This document shows, piece by piece, positions 56,617 through 64,000 of a DNA stretch of 64,000 nucleotides. The notes below the pieces were generated by a model, which made no database searches, was not told where the DNA came from, and saw nothing but the letters and a program-made list of their open reading frames with translations. How positions within the stretch are numbered: position 1 is the stretch's first letter; every line of letters starts with the position of its first letter. The stretch lies in IMG/VR virus record IMGVR_UViG_2751185825_000001. One strand, 5' to 3'. Source of the stretch: a virus. The translations under genes and the position numbers were made by a program.

Positions 56617-56844
56617 ATGCAAGCCATCCACAACTGGCCAGCCGTACTGCGCAAAGCGTGGTCGGTTCGGCTCTTCCTGCTGTCCGTGCTGCTGCAAGTG
56701 GCTGACGTGCTCTTGAGCACCTGGGGCAGCTTTTCGACATCGCTCAGGTGGTCGATCTGGCTACAGATAGCCGGCGTGATCTGTGCAGCAGCGGGCCTTG
56801 TGGCCCGTTTTGTTTTTCAGGGGGGTATTCATGAGCAAAAGTAA
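56617..56844 (+). CDS. Putative holin
   Basis: NWPAVLRKAWSVR plus 2 TMs before endolysin. Confidence 0.7.
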   Translation: MQAIHNWPAVLRKAWSVRLFLLSVLLQVADVLLSTWGSFSTSLRWSIWLQIAGVICAAAGLVARFVFQGGIHEQK

Positions 56845-57466
56845 GGTGCCTCAGATGCTGAGGACCAGCTTGGCGGCATTGGCGCTGTTGGGTGGGGTTG
56901 GCGGTGGGACGTATGTGGCCACAGAGGTGAGGCAAGAGGCGCTGCGCAACAAATACGCGCAAGCCGTGGCGGCGGACCAAGGCACGTCTCAGGCCGTGAA
57001 GGTTGCCATGGTCATGGGGCACTTCTATGAGTCGAGTAATCGGCACATTGGGACGCCGTATGTGGATAAGGTTGGCAAGGGCCAGCCACTCACGGTGTGC
57101 AACGGCATCACTGGGCCGGGCGTGGTCGCAAGTCGGTACTACACGCCGGCTGACTGCTATCGGATGGAGAAAACCCGCTACATCAAAGCCGAGGCCGCCG
57201 CGCAAAAGCTGCTGCCGCGCTGGCCGACTTACGACCCCTACACGCAGGCGACGTTCGTCGATTTCATCTGGAACAAGGGCGAAGCAGCGTTCACGGGCAG
57301 CACCATGCGGCGAAAGGCCAATGCCGGCGATCTGACGGGGGCCTGTCGGGAGAATCCGCGCTGGAACAAAGGCACTGTCAACGGCGTTTCCAAAGTACTG
57401 CCTGGATTGGCAATCCGCGGGGACTCGAACGACGAGATCTGCCGCGAATGGAGGGTCAACCCATGA
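56831..57466 (+). CDS. GH24 lysozyme, SAR-type endolysin
   Basis: Gly/Ala-rich N-terminal anchor; YES...PYVD...TVCNGIT; LPGLAIR. Confidence 0.88.
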   Translation: MSKSKVPQMLRTSLAALALLGGVGGGTYVATEVRQEALRNKYAQAVAADQGTSQAVKVAMVMGHFYESSNRHIGTPYVDKVGKGQPLTVCNGITGPGVVASRYYTPADCYRMEKTRYIKAEAAAQKLLPRWPTYDPYTQATFVDFIWNKGEAAFTGSTMRRKANAGDLTGACRENPRWNKGTVNGVSKVLPGLAIRGDSNDEICREWRVNP

Positions 57467-57837
57467 CTCTCATCGCAAAGTGGTTGGCTGTCGCACTCGC
57501 CGTGAGCGTGGCGGGCAATGCCGTGCTGGGCTGGGCCTACCTGGGCCAGCGCGACAAGGCGACGACGGAGGCAACCAAGCGCGAGGCCGTCTCAAGCGAT
57601 GCCGAGAGAACTGAAGCCGTCGCGCAGCAATGTAGCGACGGGGTTGCAAACCTTGGCCAAGTGGCCGAGGCCAGAGCGGAGGCTGCGAGCGAGAGCCGAA
57701 AGCAGGCCAAGGCCAAGGCGGATGTGCACTACAAGCGGGCCGACACCGTTTTGATGACCCCGGCACCAGTGCCTCAGGATGCCTGCCTGAGCGCGCAGGC
57801 AAGGGCTAGCGAATGGCTGAAGGAGCGCAAACAATGA
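57463..57837 (+). CDS. i-spanin (Rz-like)
   Basis: N-terminal TM plus coiled coil after endolysin. Confidence 0.75.
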   Translation: MTLIAKWLAVALAVSVAGNAVLGWAYLGQRDKATTEATKREAVSSDAERTEAVAQQCSDGVANLGQVAEARAEAASESRKQAKAKADVHYKRADTVLMTPAPVPQDACLSAQARASEWLKERKQ

Positions 57838-58229
57838 CGAAATCGCCCTGGGCGTGGAAATGCCAAAAAAGCGATATCGGAATTCCGATATCTCAATCAA
57901 ATCAATGGTTTAAACGCTTCTTGCCGTGGGCGGCGATTGCGGTGTTGGCGCTCTCCGGCTGTGCATCGACAACCCCAGAGCCCGCCCGCACCATTCGCGT
58001 GAATGTGCCCATCCCGATTGCGTGTCAGGAGCCGGTGCCGGAAAAGCCCAACATGCCCGTTGACAGCCTGCCGACAGACGCCGATCTAGACCGGATCGTG
58101 CAGGCGATGATCGCGTCAATTGAGCGGTGGGAGGGTTACGCGGGTCAGCTTGAAACGGCCTTGGCGAATTGCCGTGTGCCTGTTAAGCAATCAGGCTATG
58201 GGCTCAGGGGGTCGCTGGCGGTGCGCTGA
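57834..58229 (+). CDS. o-spanin lipoprotein (Rz1-like)
   Basis: LALSGC lipobox, Pro-rich. Confidence 0.75.
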   Translation: MTKSPWAWKCQKSDIGIPISQSNQWFKRFLPWAAIAVLALSGCASTTPEPARTIRVNVPIPIACQEPVPEKPNMPVDSLPTDADLDRIVQAMIASIERWEGYAGQLETALANCRVPVKQSGYGLRGSLAVR

Positions 58230-59259
58230 CCTTTCGGATGGTCGCCGGTAGGCTGGCGATGTCAGGCAGATTCACGGCGATGGGCGGCTGCCAACGCAGG
58301 TCGAATTTGCGCCGCTCGCGCGGGATGTCCTGGCCGTCCTTGTCTTTCATCGGGCCGCTCCAATACCCGTGCCAGTGGGCGCGGCGGACATGGCCACGCG
58401 GGCCGGCGTGCGTGCCGCCCTGGTCCGTCTCGGCGGCCTGGTAGGCCGCACGCAGGGCAGCGCCCATGCGCACGCCCACGTCCCACATGCGGACGCCTTG
58501 GGCCGGGAAAAGACGCCAGCCGTCGCGCCGGGTGCGCGTCGGCTCAGGGTTGCCGGGGTGCCCCCGGCCCTGGATGTCGTCGCCTTCGCAGATATACAGC
58601 AGCAGGCTGATGACGGCCGCGCACCAGGCGTTCACGCCGGGCAGCGCGCCCTGGTCTGCATCCCACTCGGCGAATACGCCGGCGAGGGACTGCTGCAGCG
58701 TGCCCACCAGCGGGATGGCCTGGTGCTCGATGCGTGGATGGCCCTCGATGAGTTGGCCCAGCACCAACTCGACGGGCGCGCCATCGGGCCGATTGAGCCG
58801 TGCCCACACGCCCAGCAGGGGCACGCGGTGGCTGTCATGGCGCACCGCCTGAAGACCGGGTGTCTCGATGTAGAGGCACCATTCCGGCAGGCGCTCCAGC
58901 ACCTGTGCCGGCAGGTCGCCACGCAGGTCAGTGTCGATGAGGGCGGCGTACAGGGCCGGATCCACGCGATAGATGCCCTGCGTCATGCGCCAAGCGGCCA
59001 GGGTCGTGAACGGCATGGCCGCCTGCGTGAGCTGCAGCGGCGTCAGCGCCATGAGGGACCGTGCGGCCCCCATTCCGCCCGCCTCGACTGCGGCGCGGGC
59101 GTAGGCCTCGCCGCCAGCAGGATCGGTGAGGTAGATGCCTGGGGGCTGCGACTCGGCTGCTCGCACCGCATCGCAGGCGGCCCAGATGCCGGGCAGCAGG
59201 CGCCCAGCCTGCTCAAGCTGGGTGCGTGCGATGTGGGTGCGTTTCTGAAATTGGGTCAT
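58204..59259 (-). CDS. acrVA2: AcrVA2/FinQ-family anti-CRISPR-like protein
   Basis: AWRMTQGIYRVD, LPEWCLYIE, LLLYIC, VGVRMG, HVRRAHWHGYWSG, RWQPPIAVN, as recalled for AcrVA2. Confidence 0.85.
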   Translation of the reverse strand: MTQFQKRTHIARTQLEQAGRLLPGIWAACDAVRAAESQPPGIYLTDPAGGEAYARAAVEAGGMGAARSLMALTPLQLTQAAMPFTTLAAWRMTQGIYRVDPALYAALIDTDLRGDLPAQVLERLPEWCLYIETPGLQAVRHDSHRVPLLGVWARLNRPDGAPVELVLGQLIEGHPRIEHQAIPLVGTLQQSLAGVFAEWDADQGALPGVNAWCAAVISLLLYICEGDDIQGRGHPGNPEPTRTRRDGWRLFPAQGVRMWDVGVRMGAALRAAYQAAETDQGGTHAGPRGHVRRAHWHGYWSGPMKDKDGQDIPRERRKFDLRWQPPIAVNLPDIASLPATIRKVSAPPATP

Positions 59260-59684
59260 AGGTCGCTCAGATCATCCGAGCCAGGTGGGGCCCAGTCCTC
59301 TGGGCCGGGTGCGGCGAAATGTGCCGCCAGATCGAGCCCCGTGCAGTCATAGAACCACAGCCGGGGCCATCGGCGATGCAGATCACTGATGGCGTTCACG
59401 ATGGCCGGCAGATCAGGCCGGCGCAGTAGGTCAAGGTCAGGAATCTCCACGCGTCGGGCCACGCGGGGGCCACTGTGGGCAGTTGGAGCACTCCGCCCGC
59501 TGGGGTAGCGCTCCATTACGCCGCCCGCGAACACGCGCAGACACACATACCCCAGCGTCGCCGCTGGGGATAGGCTGTGCGCGTTAGGGGGTGCAGGCCA
59601 CTCGCGGTGAATGATGATTCGATTGCCGCCCAGTTGGCGTGTGCTGATGACAATCGGCGTTGCTCTATTCGCGCGGGGTCTCAT
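59256..59684 (-). CDS. Hypothetical protein coupled upstream of acrVA2-like gene
   Basis: ATGA overlaps on both sides. Confidence 0.65.
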   Translation of the reverse strand: MRPRANRATPIVISTRQLGGNRIIIHREWPAPPNAHSLSPAATLGYVCLRVFAGGVMERYPSGRSAPTAHSGPRVARRVEIPDLDLLRRPDLPAIVNAISDLHRRWPRLWFYDCTGLDLAAHFAAPGPEDWAPPGSDDLSDL

Positions 59685-60001
59685 GACATCTCTACCGTAA
59701 CCACAGCCTCGACGCCGCCTGGCGTCCGGTGGTCGTATGCACATTCGGCGCGCAGAGCCTCCACGCGGGTCGCAATGGCGGCATCGTTGTCGATGCACAG
59801 GACTGCATGGGCGTTTTGTCCTGCCGCATATGCGGCCTCGCATGCGGCCTCGGCCAGAGCCAGTTTGTTTTCGCCACGGATCACGAGGACGCGCATAACG
59901 ATATTCTGGGCGGGAAAATCCGACCAGCGCGTGGCTTGGTGGTCCCACGTTTTGCCATTGTCGATGGCAACAATGCGGACGCGAGCGGGTTGGCTGTTCA
60001 T
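59681..60001 (-). CDS. Hypothetical protein, first gene of acrVA2-like operon
   Basis: GGAG RBS; 106 aa. Confidence 0.7.
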   Translation of the reverse strand: MNSQPARVRIVAIDNGKTWDHQATRWSDFPAQNIVMRVLVIRGENKLALAEAACEAAYAAGQNAHAVLCIDNDAAIATRVEALRAECAYDHRTPGGVEAVVTVEMS

Positions 60002-60080
60002 GATTCGACTCCGATTTGAGGACTATCCGGCTACACACCGCCGGCAGGTGGTGGACTGCTTTGCTGCTGTCCATGGATGT

Positions 60081-60108
60081 AATGTACCGCGTTGCGCGCG
60101 TAACGCAA
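60081..60108 (-). promoter_or_regulatory. Promoter with overlapping palindromic operator (also at 1103-1130)
   Basis: TTGCGT-N16-TACATT; GCGTTGCGCGCGTAACGC dyad. Confidence 0.6.
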
Positions 60109-60120
60109 GGCCTTTGAGGC

Positions 60121-60333
60121 TTATCTCTCTAGGTGTTTACCCTTGGCCTCCAAAAGGGCGCGTTCTATGACCGCCGTTTTGCTCGCGGCATAGCCGCTGG
60201 CCACCAAGTCAGCCAGTGCCCGCGCGGCTTCAGTGGACAGCAAGCCGCCCGGCATCCGAACAGCACCAGCTTTGATGCTGCGTGCTTCACTTGCTCGGGA
60301 TCGCTCGGCTTGGGTCTTGGGAGGGGTGCTCAT
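60121..60333 (-). CDS. Small RHH/CopG-like protein (candidate Aca-type regulator)
   Basis: 70 aa, basic; ends just upstream of the operator/promoter. Confidence 0.55.
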   Translation of the reverse strand: MSTPPKTQAERSRASEARSIKAGAVRMPGGLLSTEAARALADLVASGYAASKTAVIERALLEAKGKHLER

Positions 60334-60492
60334 GAGTAACTCTGGATCGACGCAAAAAATACTCCCCCTTAGCTTAAAAGAGGGTGGGTAAAAAGTTGCC
60401 AAACTCTATGCAATTCATGCATTGTGGGCAACACATGCGAATCTGAAATCGTCATCAGATCAATACCTTACGCCATTGCCTGTGATTCGTTG

Positions 60493-60556
<64 letters not shown>

Positions 60557-61064
60557 AAACATTGAAACCGTCGCTATCCAAAAGGTAGCGGCGGTTTTTC
60601 TTTTGGGCTCATGTCCCGGTGAATGCCTTGCAGGGCACGCTGGTGAACCTGCGGCGAACACCAGTCGGTGCGCTTTGGCCATCATTCGGGCAACTTGCGT
60701 GTCGGAGCCGAAGGCCGTCAGGTCGATGGATCGTGATTCAGGCCTGTGTGAGCCACAGCGCACGGATGCTGATGGAGGGCTGGGTGCGCGTGCCTGGCGA
60801 CAGCTTCTGAAGGCTTTATTTCCCAATGAATGGGTGGCAGGGTATGCGGTCAAATCCGTTCGATGAATAACGGAACCAGGGCAATACTGGGAAATTTTTT
60901 GGCCTTGCACCTGCCTGCAGGGAAGGGGCTTGGCCTGGTTCGCACCAGACCGGTAATCGAGCGCGCATTCAGCCCGGCAGGGGGCCATGGTCACAGCCCT
61001 GGTGACCCTGCCTGCGGCACCGTCGGCCGCAGACCTGACGGCACCCTTCGGGTTCAACCCGCCT

Positions 61065-62638
61065 TCACGCCGAGGGACGGCGACGACGCCATCCCAGGAC
61101 GCCCAGCAGGCCGCCGAGTGCCATCAACGGCAGGGCTGACAAGCTGGGCACAGGCCGAGTGGTCCCCGACGCGGCAGCCGTCACTTGGCCCACGGCCGTG
61201 CACACCTCCAGGCCGGGGTTGGCACCCATGGCGACCGGTGTGACGCAGAAGAACAGGTGCAGTCCGCTGTCGCCAGCCGTCGGGGTGTAGGTGACGTCTG
61301 CGCCGCCCGTCGTGCCTTGTTGCACCACCGTGCCGTCGCGGGATTGAGCCAGGGTGCTTAGGGGGCTGGTGACGAAGGCGTAGCGGGACCCATTGCCCGT
61401 CGTGTCTTCGGCCGTGTCTCCGGTGTACACGTAAGAGCCCGTGACCGTGCCACCCACCACGGCCGAGCCTCTGGCGGCCGGTGTGGCGGTGGGTGGTGGC
61501 GTGACCGTGAACGTGAAGCGCACCAGACCCGCCTGGCCTGCTGCATCGGCTGCACCGCCTTGACCGGCATCGGCCAGAGGGCCACCCGCCGCGCCGCCGT
61601 TGGCGCCGGCGCCATCGCTGCCGGCCAGGCCGCCTTCGCATGCAGTCAGGTTGGCGATCGCGAGCGCCACACCGGCCGCGCCCGCCGTGCCCGGTATGCC
61701 GGGGAGTCCGTCCTTGCCGCTGTTGCCGTCCGCAGGAGGCTGGGCTGTGCCGGGGTTGCCGAGCTCGCCCGCACTGCCGCCACCCGCGGCGCGGCCACCC
61801 ACACCGCCCATCCCCGCGCACCGCCGGCACCCGCGACCACGCCGTCGCCGCCGGGGCCACCTTGACCGCCGGAGCCGCCCGCGCCACCGCGGCCACCGTT
61901 GCCGCCATCGCCTCCGGTTCGGTAGATGAAAGTGGGCGGGGATTCGGTGCCCAGGGGGCCGCCCGCGCCACCCGCGCCGCCGTTGGCACCAACGCCGCCA
62001 TTGCCTCCGGCGCCCCCGGTGCCGCCTTGGAGGCCGCTGCCGCCGCCGCCGCCGGTGGCGCCTGCGACGCCATCGCCGCCGTCGCCCCCATTGCCGCCCA
62101 CGCCACCGCGAGAGGGGCTCGCGGGGTTGTCGGTGGCGGGCGCACCCCGGGTGCCTTCTGCGCCCGCAGTGCCTGGCAAGCCATTGGCGCCGGCAGCACC
62201 TCGGCCGCCCGATCCGCCTTGGGCCGAACTTGCGCCCCCACCCACACCGCCAGACGCGCTGGCGCTGGCGTTGCCGCCGCCCCCGCCGCCGTTGGCGGTC
62301 ATGCCCGAGATGCCTTCGCCCTGTACAAAGGACATGCCGCCACCGTGAGCGGCCTGACCGGCGGCACCGGCCTGCACGTTCAGCGAGGTGCCGGCGGCCA
62401 CCGCAAAGGTGGCCCTGCAGTAGCTGCCGCCACCGCCCCCACCGCCATTCAAGGCGCCTGCGCTGGCGCCACCGCCGCCACCGCCACCCCAGGCCTCGAT
62501 GGTGATGCTGCTGACGCCAACGGGCACGGTGCAGGTGCCCGTGCCATTCACGCCGTTGATGCAATCGGTCGCCATGGCCGGGCCTGCCATGCCGAGGCAG
62601 AGCAGGGATGTGGCTTTGGCGCATGTGGAAAACTTCAT
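61065..62638 (-). CDS. Host secreted glycine-rich protein with IPTL-CTERM-like sorting tail (apparent 1-nt frameshift near 61817)
   Basis: Signal peptide, CTVPVGVSSITIEAWGGGGG, C-terminal PVPSLSALPLMALGGLLGVLGWRRRR. Confidence 0.75.
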
Positions 62639-62792
62639 GCATTGCCTCCAAAAGGTTCGCTAAATTATGATACGAATTAAGTATTTCATAACATGACGAA
62701 TCGGAGCATGGGCGACACATTCGTTCCTTGAAAGAGGGGCTGTTTCGCCGACATGCACGCCATGGTTGGGTTGCGGTTGACCAGGAAACAAC

Positions 62793-64000
62793 ATGATGAA
62801 GATTCAGCGCGCGAAAGCCGTGTCCTTGCTTTCATTGGGCATCGCAAGCCAGGTCTGGGCGGCAGACTGCGTCATCGGCCCCAATGCCGAAGGCAGCTGT
62901 ACCGTGCCGGCTGGTGTCAGCAGCATCACCTTTGAAGCCTGGGGCGGCGGTGGTGGGGGTGGCTCGAACGACAAAGGTTGGGATGGTGTGCCGGGCGGCG
63001 GCAGTGGCGGTGGCGGTGGTTCGTATTGCCGGGTCACGGCGACCGTGACACCTGGTGCCATGCTGACGGTGCGGGTGGGCGCCGGTGGTGCGGCAGGGGC
63101 TGCGAACACTGTGGATTGGACGCGGGTGGGTACATCCAGCCTGGGCGGCGGCTTGTCGGCCGTTACGGGCGTCGGCCTCGCGGGCGTCACCGCCAACGGC
63201 GGCGGCGGCGGAGGCGGCAGCACGGTGAACCTGAACTATTTCGATCAGGCCAAGGGGCGACCAGGACGAGGGGCAACCGCAACGAGCGGCGGCGCGGGCG
63301 GTGCCGGGGGCGACAGCGGCGAATACAAGGCCGCGCCGGGCGGCGGCGGCGGCGCCGGGGCCACAGGCGGCCCGGGTGGTGCGGGCGGCAAGGGCGGAGA
63401 CGGAGCCAGTGGTTCCTCGGGTGGCTTGTGGGACGGCTCGTTCTTTGGGCCCGGCATCAACGGTGGGGATGGTGGCAATGGCGGTGATGGCGGCGACGGC
63501 GGCCCAGGCGGAAACGGCACCGTGCCAGGCGTCGGCGGCGCCGCTGGGGCAGGGGGCTTTGGCGGCTATGGCGGAAGCGGTGGCGAGGGCTCGCCAGGGC
63601 AGCCAGAGGGAGAACCTGGCCGAAATGGCATGGCCGGCGTGCCAGGGAGTCCCGGCGTCGACGGTCAAGCTTTGACGGGGCCGCTGGCGGTGCAGGCGTG
63701 TGCCGGCGACGGCGTGGCGGGCGCGGATGGCGCCGGCATTCAGGGTGGGCAGGCGGGTGGCCCGGCCATGGGGGCTGGCGCCGGGGGCAATGGGGGCGCT
63801 GCCGGGCAACCAGGCTTGGTGCGCATGAGTTTCGTTGCCAGCCAGGTCATCGATTTTCCGGCTCAGCCGGCCTCGCACCGCATGGCTGACGGCACCTTCA
63901 TGCTGGAGTTCGCCGCCACGACCAGTTCGGGTTTGCCCGTCACCTACAGCAGTTTGACGCCGAGCGTGTGCACGGTCACCGGCGCCACCGTGACGCCCTT
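62793..64000 (+). CDS. Host secreted glycine-rich protein, divergent paralog (runs off window)
   Basis: Signal peptide; CTVPAGVSSITFEAWGGGGG; SSGLPVTYSSLTPSVCTV. Confidence 0.8.
   Translation, partial: MMKIQRAKAVSLLSLGIASQVWAADCVIGPNAEGSCTVPAGVSSITFEAWGGGGGGGSNDKGWDGVPGGGSGGGGGSYCRVTATVTPGAMLTVRVGAGGAAGAANTVDWTRVGTSSLGGGLSAVTGVGLAGVTANGGGGGGGSTVNLNYFDQAKGRPGRGATATSGGAGGAGGDSGEYKAAPGGGGGAGATGGPGGAGGKGGDGASGSSGGLWDGSFFGPGINGGDGGNGGDGGDGGPGGNGTVPGVGGAAGAGGFGGYGGSGGEGSPGQPEGEPGRNGMAGVPGSPGVDGQALTGPLAVQACAGDGVAGADGAGIQGGQAGGPAMGAGAGGNGGAAGQPGLVRMSFVASQVIDFPAQPASHRMADGTFMLEFAATTSSGLPVTYSSLTPSVCTVTGATVTP

Noticed and set aside
59684..60074. N-terminal extension of the 272-aa ORF (and of the 268-aa copy at 290-1096)
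   Set aside because: It overlaps the 106-aa gene that has a proper RBS; the ATGA-coupled start at 59684 is more plausible
61810..61825. Biological pseudogenisation of the host glycine-rich gene
   Set aside because: A single missing base in very GC-rich sequence with both halves otherwise intact; probably a sequencing error

Overview
Almost the whole window is one ~59 kb HK97/lambda-like temperate siphovirus prophage in a high-GC bacterium, probably a betaproteobacterium of the Comamonadaceae type (inferred). It is integrated at tRNA-Ser(CGA). Positions 1-1631 repeat 58978-60609 (I noticed one 1-bp indel and one SNP), so the left junction is attP-type (phage end joined to phage start). That means a tandem dilysogen or an assembly of circularised phage. 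The right junction is attR, followed by two divergent host glycine-rich secreted-protein genes, one with an IPTL-CTERM-like tail. All standard modules are present: int/xis, early-left genes with Dcm, SSB and exonuclease, cI/cro with OL/OR operators, O/DnaB, nin/Q, HNH/terminase/HK97 head, tail with a -1 frameshift, and lysis. Main points of interest: (i) a family of anticodon-less tRNA-like structured RNAs clustered in both the pL leader (15.1-16.7 kb) and the late leader (32.5-33.8 kb); (ii) an AcrVA2/FinQ-family gene at the end of a coupled three-gene operon with two unknown genes and a palindromic operator; (iii) a repressor lacking the autocleavage domain, paired with a LexA-box operon (HTH, two paralogs, umuDC) in a ~7 kb cI-pL cargo region; (iv) a Mesh1-like alarmone hydrolase; (v) three TA loci, one with a truncated HicA; (vi) a c4-like antisense element before a KilA-N gene; (vii) two polyglycine tail adhesins, one T-even gp38-like. 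All family assignments come from reading motifs by eye, not from database searches.
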